A stretch of 64,000 bases of DNA from a virus. Taxonomy: Duplodnaviria; Caudoviricetes. The DNA lies in the IMG/VR virus record IMGVR_UViG_3300021399_000111, positions 32,001 through 96,000 of that record, one strand, 5' to 3'. Below the pieces are notes generated by a model, which saw only the letters and a list, made by a program, of their open reading frames with translations, was not told the origin of the DNA and made no database searches. Both the position numbers and the translations under genes were made by a program. Every line of letters starts with the position of its first letter. Within the stretch, counting starts at the first letter, position 1. Shown piece by piece: positions 11,520 through 21,800 of this stretch.

Positions 11520-14045
11520 ATGGGAACATTAAATAGAGTATATATAAATTCCCCTGAGAACAATGGTGAATTTGAATTTCAAGCACAAAATATTGATTAT
11601 ACAATACCAGGTTCTACTATTAAAACATCTGTTGCTTCTGTTTTAAAAAATTTAACTGAGCAAACTGGTGATGAAGGACTTGCGCCTACAGACCATTCAT
11701 CTAAAACCTCAGAATATGGTATGGCTTCTACTACTAAATATGGACATATTAAGATAGGTGAAGGATTAATAGGTCCGCAAGGCGGCGGTGGGTTTGATAC
11801 ATTGCCTTTTAATTTAAAAAGTGGTAGAAATCAATGTGCCACTGATGGTAAAGATACTTATATTTTTATTGCAGATAATGATTCTACTATTGAATTTTGG
11901 ATACTTGATCAAAATGGATTCTCTAAAATACGTGTTGTGCCTCAAATTTTAGATAATTTTGATGGATATGTAATATATATTAGTAATACTTTTACATTTG
12001 TATACGGCAATTTTAGTATAAGTTATGATCTTTCTACAAGAAATTGGAGAAGCAGTGTTACACTTCCTTTTAATATTAATCAAAATAATAGTTTTATAAC
12101 ATCTGTTTCACAAAATAGCGGTATTATTACATTTTATTCAAATGATAATAATGGATATATTTTCTTAGATCCTTTAAGTGGATCTGTATTACCATTTTCA
12201 ACCTTAGAAATATCAACACCAGCTTTTCAGCTAACTGGAAATTTTGATAATAAGTCTACAGTATTTATTTTTGATTCTTATACTACAACAATGTGGCTTT
12301 TAAATATAAATACTGGAGTTTGGGATAGTGCTCCGCTTACGACTTTAGGTGGAATGGTATCTACTACTTCATATTATTATGATCATTTTTTTTATATTAT
12401 TGGACGGACAACGAGTAAGCCCTCATCTTTAGCTTTTATAAAACAATATGGGTCACGACAATTAGATAGCTCTATTAGATCATTAGGCTCAGTACTATTT
12501 ATTAATGATAAATTTTACATTTTCCAGGGAGAAAAAGTTGTTGGCGGAGCTGCAACATCTATTTATTCGCATTCTAATGAATATTCATCATCATGGGAAA
12601 GGGATAGTTTGTCTATTGAATCAAATAGTTCTGGAATCACTCCTACTGGACCTGATCCTCGCCCAGCCCCTGACCCAGATCCAAATGCATTAACAATAGA
12701 TCCAGAGTATGCATTGGATTCTGATGATGAGAGATTGGAAGATGAAAGAACTCCATTCCCGCATGCATCTCTTGATACTCGATATGGAGCTAGTACTATT
12801 GAATTATATGGTCATAGTAAATTAGTTGATGATTACGCTAATGTAGGTCTTGATATAAATGGTGAAAGTAGTGTTACAATTTCAGAATTATCCACGACTA
12901 TATGGCAAAGACATAATGTCGCAGTAAATAAGAATGGCGAAATTTTAGCAATAAGTTCATTAGATTTTAATGATGATCAATGGACTCCCGCATATTCTTT
13001 TTATTCATCTACAAAGCCAATTGTAGAAAATCAAAGACACCCAGTAATTTATGATTTTGATAGTTGTCAAGTAGAATGTTTAAATGATGATACTTTTATT
13101 ATTGTAGGTTCTTGTGAACCTTCTTATGCAGGACTTTATATGTATAAAATAACAAATGATCAATGGACTCGTTTATCAGATTTACCTTTTGATTTTTGCA
13201 ATGATCTTTATTCTGGACAAATTGCAAAAGATACTTTTAAATCATCTTCTAGAGATTATGAAGATTCTGTTTTAATTATGTTATATAATAGCAATTTACC
13301 TGGATATGTATTTTATTGGTATAATGAAGAAGATGGATTAGTGTCAGCTTTTGAAGAAGGAGATTATCTACCTAGTTCATATGTAGATGATTCTTCTGGC
13401 AATACTGCATATTTATATAGTAATAATTTAACACTAGTAATAACACCTGGTTATTATGTTGTTTTAGATATATATAATAGACGCATGTGGAAACATACAA
13501 TGGATTATTCCGGAGAATGGCATTATTCAGGTCATCTTTTACCAATACCTGATTCTTATTCAAATACTTATCCAAGTGCTCTTGTTTATGGCGGGGATGA
13601 TATAAATATGGCTTATTTGCATATAATTGGCAGAAATAATGATAATGGTGGAATTTTTCATGGTACATTTGATTTATTTAATATGAATTGGGATGAAGCA
13701 AACACTGAAAATATTTCTTTAAGAGGATATGATTCTTATAATGGTGAATATTCTTTTATTTTAAAAGATAATAAATTATATTTATTTACAGACACAGATC
13801 AAAATACTACTAAGATTTATTCATGCAGAGCAGACACAATGCAGCCTGTATGGGTGGAAGATAGTATTACTTTTGATATAAAACCTAGTTCGAAAACTTG
13901 TGGCGGAAATGGCATATCTGCATCTTCTTATTCTGTTAATATGTTTAAGAATGATACTTTAAAACAGATAGCTACTATTATGCCAGCAAGTAATTTTACA
14001 GATGAATTACATAGAAGAATGGAAAAGTATATAAAATCTTCTTGA
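11520..14045 (+). CDS. Tail fibre / receptor-binding protein with two inserted beta-rich (propeller-like) domains
   Basis: Same fibre repeats as the upstream gene (HSSKTSEYGMASTTKYGHIKI, HASLDTRYGASTIELYGHSKL) flanking aromatic, beta-rich domains; PDPRPAPDPDP linker. Confidence 0.6.
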   Translation: MGTLNRVYINSPENNGEFEFQAQNIDYTIPGSTIKTSVASVLKNLTEQTGDEGLAPTDHSSKTSEYGMASTTKYGHIKIGEGLIGPQGGGGFDTLPFNLKSGRNQCATDGKDTYIFIADNDSTIEFWILDQNGFSKIRVVPQILDNFDGYVIYISNTFTFVYGNFSISYDLSTRNWRSSVTLPFNINQNNSFITSVSQNSGIITFYSNDNNGYIFLDPLSGSVLPFSTLEISTPAFQLTGNFDNKSTVFIFDSYTTTMWLLNINTGVWDSAPLTTLGGMVSTTSYYYDHFFYIIGRTTSKPSSLAFIKQYGSRQLDSSIRSLGSVLFINDKFYIFQGEKVVGGAATSIYSHSNEYSSSWERDSLSIESNSSGITPTGPDPRPAPDPDPNALTIDPEYALDSDDERLEDERTPFPHASLDTRYGASTIELYGHSKLVDDYANVGLDINGESSVTISELSTTIWQRHNVAVNKNGEILAISSLDFNDDQWTPAYSFYSSTKPIVENQRHPVIYDFDSCQVECLNDDTFIIVGSCEPSYAGLYMYKITNDQWTRLSDLPFDFCNDLYSGQIAKDTFKSSSRDYEDSVLIMLYNSNLPGYVFYWYNEEDGLVSAFEEGDYLPSSYVDDSSGNTAYLYSNNLTLVITPGYYVVLDIYNRRMWKHTMDYSGEWHYSGHLLPIPDSYSNTYPSALVYGGDDINMAYLHIIGRNNDNGGIFHGTFDLFNMNWDEANTENISLRGYDSYNGEYSFILKDNKLYLFTDTDQNTTKIYSCRADTMQPVWVEDSITFDIKPSSKTCGGNGISASSYSVNMFKNDTLKQIATIMPASNFTDELHRRMEKYIKSS

Positions 14046-14070
14046 CTAGTTTGAAAATTTTTGGTATAAT
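14042..14070 (+). promoter_or_regulatory. Sigma-A type promoter for RuvC
   Basis: TTGACT-17 bp-TATAAT with TG extended -10. Confidence 0.75.
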
Positions 14071-14094
14071 TAAGACATAAGGAGAAATAAACTT

Positions 14095-14640
14095 ATGGAA
14101 AATATATTAGCTGTAGATGCTAGCACTAAAAGAACAGGTCTAGCTACAATTATTAATGGACAAATTAAATATAGTGTAATAGCTAGCTCATCAGCGAATG
14201 TAGAAAAACGAATTGGAATAATGCGGGATGGCATTATTCAATTTATTAAAGATAATAATATTGATAAAGTTATATTAGAAGAAGTGCATACAGAAGTAGC
14301 AAATAATCATATCCAAAAAATGCTTACTTGGTTACAAGGCTGCATTGTAGTAGCTATTTTTGAATATAATAAAAATATTAAAGTTGAATTTATTGGAGCA
14401 AGTTCTTGGAGAAGTGTTCTTGGATTGCAGGGATATAGAGTCAAAAGAGAACAGCAGAAACAAAAAGATATAGATTATGTAAATTCAACTTATGGATTAT
14501 CTTTAACTACTAGTCAAGATGATGAAGCAGATGCTATTTGTATTTTAACCGCCTATTTAAAAAACTCAGATAAGATGATTTTAAAAGAGGTTGTAAATAC
14601 AAAGCCTCAATCTATTTTAGAATATGAGAGCGCGTTTTGA
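14095..14640 (+). CDS. ruvC: RuvC-like Holliday junction resolvase
   Basis: ILAVDASTKRTG, VILEE and DDEADAICI acidic motifs. Confidence 0.8.
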   Translation: MENILAVDASTKRTGLATIINGQIKYSVIASSSANVEKRIGIMRDGIIQFIKDNNIDKVILEEVHTEVANNHIQKMLTWLQGCIVVAIFEYNKNIKVEFIGASSWRSVLGLQGYRVKREQQKQKDIDYVNSTYGLSLTTSQDDEADAICILTAYLKNSDKMILKEVVNTKPQSILEYESAF

Positions 14641-14691
14641 TGCGGCGGGGCAGTCTAGTTCTATACATGCCTAGGTGAGCCGGTCCCCGCA
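14641..14691. repeat. GC-rich REP-like hairpin, copy A
   Basis: TGCGGCGGGG...CCCCGCA immediately after the ruvC stop; related to copies at 18844, 25633 and 56166. Confidence 0.5.
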
Positions 14692-14700
14692 GATTAACAA

Positions 14701-14746
14701 AAAAAATGAGCCTTGTTGCAATAAAGCAGCAAGGCTCATTTTTATT
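14701..14746. terminator. Bidirectional terminator between convergent ruvC and dut
   Basis: AAAAAATGAGCCTTGTTGC...GCAGCAAGGCTCATTTTT. Confidence 0.85.
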
Positions 14747-15184
14747 TTATACACCTGTGGAACCAAAACCGCCAGCTCCACGTTCAGTTTCTTCTAATTC
14801 AGTTGTAAGTTCAAAATTTACATCAATATAAGGAAGAAATACTAATTGAGCAATTCTCATTCCATTTGAAACCCAGAGACAATCATCAGAATGGTTATGA
14901 AGTGCAACGATATATTCACCAGTATAATCTTCATCGCATACACCTACCTTATTAGCTGGAGCCAAACCATTTTTAATGGCTAACCCAGAGCGAGCAAAAA
15001 TAGCTCCAAAGTATCCTTCAGGTGGCGTTACCGCAATACCAGTTCCAATCTTTACAGTTTCGTGAGGCCCAATAAGTACATCATTATTAACGCAAGCATA
15101 AAGATCATATCCTGCAGCCTTTTCTGATCCTTTTGTAGGAATCTTTGCTTTAGAATTTAGCTTTTTAATTTTAGCAGTAAGCAT
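14747..15184 (-). CDS. dut: Trimeric dUTPase
   Basis: AAGYDL, ARSGLA, GVCDEDYTGE, RIAQL and RGAGGFGSTG motifs. Confidence 0.95.
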   Translation of the reverse strand: MLTAKIKKLNSKAKIPTKGSEKAAGYDLYACVNNDVLIGPHETVKIGTGIAVTPPEGYFGAIFARSGLAIKNGLAPANKVGVCDEDYTGEYIVALHNHSDDCLWVSNGMRIAQLVFLPYIDVNFELTTELEETERGAGGFGSTGV

Positions 15185-15471
15185 TATTCATCCTCCTCAA
15201 TTGCATCAACTGGCTCAGGAAATGCTCCAAGCTGCACATCATAAGAAACAGCAACTGTAACATCAGGTTCTTTCTCTGTTGTAAAATCTTTGATAAGAGT
15301 AACTCTATGCCACTCATCGACAATTTCACCTTTTGCTTTTGAGCATTTATATTCATTAGAATATTTACTAACTGTATAATTATGGTCTTTCTTTGCCTCT
15401 TCAATAAGAGCTTTTGCTTCAGATTCAGATTCAACTCTATAAACTTCTGTAGTTCTAATCAAATATTTCAT
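15184..15471 (-). CDS. Hypothetical protein
   Basis: 95-aa ORF translationally coupled to dut. Confidence 0.6.
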   Translation of the reverse strand: MKYLIRTTEVYRVESESEAKALIEEAKKDHNYTVSKYSNEYKCSKAKGEIVDEWHRVTLIKDFTTEKEPDVTVAVSYDVQLGAFPEPVDAIEEDE

Positions 15472-15476
15472 TATTT

Positions 15477-15758
15477 TTATCCTCTCGATTGAAATTCAAT
15501 AGCAATATTATTTTCTGCAAAATGAGTTTTTAATTTATCAGCAAAACCATAATTATATTTCTCATTCCCGCAAAAAATAATTTTATTAATTTGATAAATC
15601 TCACTTAACTCTTTAATTTTATCAACAACAGAATCTGTAGGTACTTGAATTACTGTTTGGCATGAATCATTTTCATCATATACATAAATTGACTGCTGTA
15701 AATCAAAGAGCTGTAAATTAACAACTAGTTTATTCATATTTTTACTCCGTACAATCAA
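15477..15758 (-). CDS. Hypothetical protein
   Basis: ORF in operon; true start may be MNKLV after GGAG. Confidence 0.55.
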   Translation of the reverse strand: MIVRSKNMNKLVVNLQLFDLQQSIYVYDENDSCQTVIQVPTDSVVDKIKELSEIYQINKIIFCGNEKYNYGFADKLKTHFAENNIAIEFQSRG

Positions 15759-16113
15759 TTATTCCCATTGTATAATCAAAAAGGAAATAAGCAAAATTTT
15801 CATTAGTTCCCGAGTCTCTAATCCAAATTTCCCAGCCGCCGCCTTCTGGAATTGCATCGATGAAAAGAACTGAGCCTCTATTTTTAAGAGTTGGCATTAA
15901 TTCTTTTGTAATTTTCTTCCTTGATTCTACATTTTCAGTACGAAATACAGTATAATCAAAGCGTTCTCTACACAAAAGCATCCAATATGGTTTCTTCATC
16001 ATCTCATCAGCAATTTCATTTACCTTTTTATTAAAAGTAATTCCATCCATTTGGTCAGCTGTAGTTGCATATTGCTTACTCATTTCATACAATGTAATAG
16101 TAGCTTCCGCCAT
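15742..16113 (-). CDS. Hypothetical phage protein
   Basis: AGGAG SD; own promoter at 16146-16174. Confidence 0.65.
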   Translation of the reverse strand: MAEATITLYEMSKQYATTADQMDGITFNKKVNEIADEMMKKPYWMLLCRERFDYTVFRTENVESRKKITKELMPTLKNRGSVLFIDAIPEGGGWEIWIRDSGTNENFAYFLFDYTMGIIDCTE

Positions 16114-16145
16114 TAGAACTTTCTCCTTTTTTATTTTCTAAATAT

Positions 16146-16174
16146 ATTATAACATTTTTTTTATAAAATGTCAA
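16146..16174 (-). promoter_or_regulatory. Sigma-A type phage promoter (representative of a family of about 20)
   Basis: TTGACA-17 bp-TATAAT with TG extension. Confidence 0.8.
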
Positions 16175-18492
16175 GAATATCCTCTTAATTTTTTACTATG
16201 TTGATATCGGTCTTCAACTTCTGCTTGTTTTCCTAAATTAAATGCAGTTTTATAATCACCAGTAAGATATCCTGTAACTCGTCTTAATCTTTGAATATCA
16301 GTGCCACCGCATTCGGGGCATGCATCATCTATTACACCAGAATATCCACAATGCATACATAAATCATTAGGAACATTTAAAGCAAAATAAGGAATATCTT
16401 TATCCATAGCGTAATTTACAATACTCTCTAATGCTTCGAGATTATGTGTTGCCGCAGCGTCTAATTCCACATATGTGATACATCCCGCAGAACTGTATCC
16501 AGTTAATTGGCTTTCAATATCAATTTTTTCAAAAGGAGATATTTCTTTCCAAACTGGCACATGCATACTATTGGTAAAATATTCTCTGTCACTTACATTG
16601 GGAATTTCTCCATACTTAGCTTTAAACTTCTGCATGCTGGTATAGCAGAGATTTTCAGCTGGTGTGTAGTAAACTCCAAAGTTAAGAGAATATTCTTGTT
16701 TAAATTCCGCACAACGGTCTTTAAATAACTGCTCTATTCTTTTTGCTAATTCCATACCGCGGGCTTCAGTATGATCGCAACTAATTAAGATCTGTAAGCA
16801 TTCAGCCAGACCTATTTGTCCAATAGCCAAAGTGCCATGTTTTAAAGCACTTCGTATACCTTCTTCAGGAATATATCCTGCCATTACATTATTTTCATAC
16901 ATAAACTTTGCGGAAGATGGATCTTGACTACATATATATTCAAAACGCTCAATAAGCATATCTTTAGCATCATTAATTGCTTCATCAAGGAAATGCATAA
17001 ATAAATCAATTAAATTAGGAACTAAAAAACCATCATCATTTGAAATGATTATATCTCCTTCATTAGTAGGAACTGTATATTCACAATGGAATTTTCCTTG
17101 TTTTGCTTCATCTATAACTTCTTTGGCCTCCATCGCTATTGTTGGAAGAATTATAGTCACAGGACAGATATTCCCACGCCCGTCTTTGAGCTGACCAAAG
17201 CCATTTATGTCCCATCCATTTGCAGTCCTGCAACCCATTGTGCTAAAGTATGTGCGTGGATCATTTGGATCATATCCTGCATTGCCGCTCCAATCGCAAT
17301 TCGCATAATTAGGATAAAGTCTCTTTGCAGTAGACTCAAGTGCTAATTGATAAAGGTCATAATTTGGATCTCCAGGCTTACGATTTACTCCTTTCATCAT
17401 TTGGAATATCCCGCAAGGGAATATAGGAGTTTTATGAAATTTACCTACTCCTTTAATACTGCCTTTAAGAAGCGCTTCTATAACCATGCGTCCTTCAGGA
17501 AGCGTACATGTTCCATAATTGATCGAGGTAAAAGGAAGTTGATTCCCGCTTCGGGATTGTAAGGTATTAAGATTATGATACATACCCTCAACCGCCTGCT
17601 GAGTTTCTTTAATCGTCATATCCATAGCATATTTATAAACAGAAGCACAATCGTCATAATCAGGATAGTCTTCAATAGATAAATCTTCAGTAACATTTAT
17701 CCAATTATGAGGAAAATGCTTTAAATAGCAGCCAATATATTCTGCCCCATTGTTCCAATGTTTTCTAAAAGATTTTCTTACATATGGAACCATTGTCCAA
17801 TCTAAGTGAGTTGCAGAAACACCACCAAACTGTTGTAGAGACTGGAGCTGAAAGATTACAGCTACTAACTGAAAAGCAGTATTAATACTATTTGCTGGGC
17901 GTACATCTGTTTGTCGTGTATTAAAACCTTTTGCAAGTAAATCATCAAAAGGAATAGATAAGCAATTATGATCTCCAAGAGCATAATCAGATAAATCATG
18001 AATATAGATTTCATTATTTAAATGACGCATCTTAGATTTTTTAAACATACAATTATCAAGAGCGAATTCTTTCATTAATACTGCATCCGCTTCACCTTTT
18101 CGACCACCAAAGCTGTGTTCATCAACATTCGCATTCTGATTTTGCACATTACTAGCTTGAAGTTTTTCTTTTATAACTGACATCATATGGCTATTCCATT
18201 TACGCTCTTTATCACGGTCATGCCTATATTCAATATAAGCAGTTGCAACATCTTTCCTTTTAGTTGCCATAAGACCATGCTCAACAAGAGATTGAATATC
18301 ATCAATAGTAAGTTCATTCGGAGCGCCTTCCATATATCCTTCAATATAGTCAGCAATATTTTGTGCTTTTTCTAATGCGTAGTCAGAGATATCGCCATCT
18401 ACTGCAGTAAATGCTTTAATTACCGCATTTTTAATTTTTTCTGGATTAAATGGTTGACGAACACCATCTCTTTTAATTACAAAATAAGACAT
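16171..18492 (-). CDS. nrdD: Anaerobic ribonucleoside-triphosphate reductase (class III) with N-terminal ATP cone
   Basis: VIKRDG ATP cone, IYIHDL, YTPAENL, CxxC...CPECG zinc site and RRVTGYL glycyl-radical motif. Confidence 0.95.
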   Translation of the reverse strand: MSYFVIKRDGVRQPFNPEKIKNAVIKAFTAVDGDISDYALEKAQNIADYIEGYMEGAPNELTIDDIQSLVEHGLMATKRKDVATAYIEYRHDRDKERKWNSHMMSVIKEKLQASNVQNQNANVDEHSFGGRKGEADAVLMKEFALDNCMFKKSKMRHLNNEIYIHDLSDYALGDHNCLSIPFDDLLAKGFNTRQTDVRPANSINTAFQLVAVIFQLQSLQQFGGVSATHLDWTMVPYVRKSFRKHWNNGAEYIGCYLKHFPHNWINVTEDLSIEDYPDYDDCASVYKYAMDMTIKETQQAVEGMYHNLNTLQSRSGNQLPFTSINYGTCTLPEGRMVIEALLKGSIKGVGKFHKTPIFPCGIFQMMKGVNRKPGDPNYDLYQLALESTAKRLYPNYANCDWSGNAGYDPNDPRTYFSTMGCRTANGWDINGFGQLKDGRGNICPVTIILPTIAMEAKEVIDEAKQGKFHCEYTVPTNEGDIIISNDDGFLVPNLIDLFMHFLDEAINDAKDMLIERFEYICSQDPSSAKFMYENNVMAGYIPEEGIRSALKHGTLAIGQIGLAECLQILISCDHTEARGMELAKRIEQLFKDRCAEFKQEYSLNFGVYYTPAENLCYTSMQKFKAKYGEIPNVSDREYFTNSMHVPVWKEISPFEKIDIESQLTGYSSAGCITYVELDAAATHNLEALESIVNYAMDKDIPYFALNVPNDLCMHCGYSGVIDDACPECGGTDIQRLRRVTGYLTGDYKTAFNLGKQAEVEDRYQHSKKLRGYS

Positions 18493-18576
18493 TTTTATTA
18501 TTTCCTCCTAGATATTGTTATTTTAAGGGGCTATAATATATTATATTTCTATATGTAGTAAATTAATCATTTTTGG

Positions 18577-18828
18577 TTAATCGCAGAGACCTTCTTCAAG
18601 TTCTTTAATACGACGGTTAATATACCAAATAGCTTTTCTTAAATCTTCAATTTCTTTTTCTATTTGATCTTGGCCTTCAAAATCTTGTTTACGCCCAGCC
18701 CTGGAAATGTATTTGATTGCATTCCCAAGACAAAAGCCGAGATTTTTATCTTCAATATAATCAATGACTTCAATTTTTGTTCCAGCATAATGCGAAGGTT
18801 TATTTACCGGATCATAATTATCTTTCAT
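18577..18828 (-). CDS. DUF3310 (SaV-like) protein
   Basis: DPVNKPSHY...GFCLGNAIKYISRAGRK...EDLRKAIWY; start MKDNY follows AAGGAG. Confidence 0.85.
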   Translation of the reverse strand: MKDNYDPVNKPSHYAGTKIEVIDYIEDKNLGFCLGNAIKYISRAGRKQDFEGQDQIEKEIEDLRKAIWYINRRIKELEEGLCD

Positions 18829-18843
18829 TTTTTCTCCTTCTGG

Positions 18844-18884
18844 GCGGCGACCCAGGTTAGGGATCTCAGAAGCTGGACCGCCGC
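18844..18884. repeat. GC-rich REP-like hairpin, copy B
   Basis: Minus strand GCGGCGGTCCAGCTTCTGAGATCCCTAACCTGGGTCGCCGC begins at the dnaE stop; closely similar to 56168-56209. Confidence 0.65.
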
Positions 18885-21800
18885 TATTCTTCATAATCTT
18901 CTTCAATTATATCTTGCCCAGTATAACGATCATGTCTTATTTTAATTTCATCACCAACAACCTCTTCTATAAGATATAATTGATGTCCTTCAGTATTCTT
19001 ATATGTTTTACCTACAAAAGTATCCTCTCTGCGGAAGCCTGTTACCATTAACATTTTGCCTCTTGTAAACCAACCTTTTTCAACAACTTTCTTGGTTCCA
19101 TCCGGCTGAATTTGACTAATTTGACGCTTAAACATTGCATAATAATCTCTAGTAAACTTTACATTTACGACACCTGTTGTTGTTAATAATGTAATTGAAC
19201 AACGAGTATCATCTTTCGCTAAAACAGTTCCCATTATTCTATGTAATTTATAAATGGGAATTTTATTGTTTCCTCTCTTATAGAAATAATCAATTTCAGG
19301 TTCAGAAGACAAATCATTAAAATTTACAACACCATACTTAAATTCATTAACTTCTGCAAGTTCATGTTTTCCATAATAAAAACATAAAGAATCCATTTCC
19401 CATTTTGAAGTATTACCACTTGCATATTTATCCCAAAGATCTTTAAATAATACAAAGTTATATTTTTGCAACATTTCTTCTTGGTTATTTTTTAACCAAT
19501 CTCTTGCCACATCCATATATTTTTGATAGATTTTATCCCATTTAGTTTGAAGAATACAAGTTTTTCCGTTTATCACTTCAAGATTTTCTATGTAATCGGA
19601 TAGAAATCTATTAAAAAACATATCACAAGATTCATCAAAAATAAAATAATTTTGCCATTTTTTATTTGCTTTTAAATATTTTGTAAAATTATATATTCTT
19701 ATTTGCATTTCTAATTCTTCTGGAATTAATCCATATTGAATTAAACCATTAAAATTTATTAAATTTAATTTTTTCTTTGGCTCACAAATTTTAAGAATAT
19801 AATAAACCATAATTTCTTGTCTGTTCTTGAATGAAGTTTCAATTTCATCAAAGGCGCCTGCTTTAATCAGATTTATCATAACTGTTTTTGTAAGCGGGCA
19901 ACGAGCAAGAAAATCTTTAATGCCATTATACGGTCTATTTTGAATGATTTTTTCAATTGAATCATTACTCATTCTATTAATTGCTTTAAGACCATATAGA
20001 ATACGATTATGTTCAACATCAGGTTTAAAACCATAATCTGATGTATTAATATTAACTAAAGATACTTTAATACCTTTAGATTTAATTGTAGAAATTGCTT
20101 TTGCAATTTTTGCATAATCAGTTGTTTTTTTCTTTTTCCCAAATCTATCTTTTAAATCCTCATATTCATAATCTGGATCTTCTTTATCATAGATATTAAC
20201 AATTTCTTCATTATCTTCTAGGCTACCGCTATTCACAACTAAGCAGGCAGTATCCCAATATATAGGATTCCATTTAGTTGCAATATATGCAGTTTGAAAT
20301 CCAATAAAAGAATATGCTAACGCATGAATTACACTAAAGGAATAACCCATCTGAGGTCCAATGCCGCATTCCCAAATGTATTTACCTAACTCTGGACGTT
20401 TTGCTTGAGATAATACCTGCTCATGAAGTGCAGGAATTTTATCCATTTGTTTTTTACCAACAATTTTTCTTGCAGCATTTGCATCTTTAAGACTAAAACC
20501 GCAAATTGCTGGATCCATTAACATTGTCATTAATTGCTCTTGGCTAGGCGGTACTCCATGAGATTTAAGAAAATGTGGTTTTAAAGACTTAATTTCTTCA
20601 TCAGTAAGTCCATACTTATACATTTCATCATACCAAAGATTAATATTATTCTTAAATCGAACATATTTATCCATTGGCTGTTCTCCGCCATCTTCACCTG
20701 TCATAAGTCTCATTAAACCATTTGCATCTGCCATTTCAAGCATACTACTAGGTTTAATTTTCTTTGCCGCCTGGCTACCAACAGCAGAATCAAACTGAAA
20801 TAAATCAAGAACTTTTACATCTTGAATATTTTTCCATACATCTTTATCTTCAATAGGAAGAACACTTGGATGAAAATATTTATTATAAATTTCTCTTAAA
20901 GTTAAATCTTTTTCAATTTCTCCATATTCTTGAAGAAATTTAATTGCTTGAACTAGTTTATCTTGTACTTCTGTTACGAGGAAATCATATTTTGTCATTC
21001 CTGCAGCTTCGCACATATGAAGGTCATATTGAGTTATTACATCTCCACTAGGCGTTCTCATAAAACATCCATGCTCATATGGATCTTCATCAAACATAAT
21101 AACACCAGATGCATGGCTACTACGCTTATTGATAATTCCCTCAATACCCATCATAATGTTTAAAAGCCCAGGATATTGATTTACTTCGCTAAGAAAACTA
21201 ATGACTGGTTTTCTACCTTTGGATTCATCACCATATACGACGGTATGCAAGTCCCATAAAAATCCTCTTTCTTGGGGAATAAGACTTGATAAATATTGGG
21301 CGGTATCAACGTCGATTCCATCGGGGTACTCGTCACTACGATAGCCTCTACAAGCTGTTTGTATAGCTGATTTACTAGTTTCTGTCCCGAAGGTTGCAAT
21401 GAGAGTACATCCACAATTTCGTCTAGTGACATTGTCGATGTCGGCATTAAAATTTCTTCCTCTTTCATCTTTTATCCTTTGTAAAATTAATGGTCTTTTA
21501 CTAGGGCATAAATCAAGGTCAATATCACCTAGTTCAAATCTTTCTTTATTTAAATATCTCCAGAATGGAAGATTCCATTCTATTGGATCAAGCTGTGTGA
21601 TACCTAAGAGATAATGATTAAGTCCTGAACAAGAAGAACCACGTCCCGCGCCTACCATACTTCCGCATTCCCAAAATAAATCTACATAATGTTGAAGTGT
21701 GATAGGATATGAAAACATATTTGTATTTAATGCTTTTCCTATCGTTCGTTTAATATCAGCTTCTTCTTCAAGTCTTTCATAGTAAGGATCTGATTTTTTA

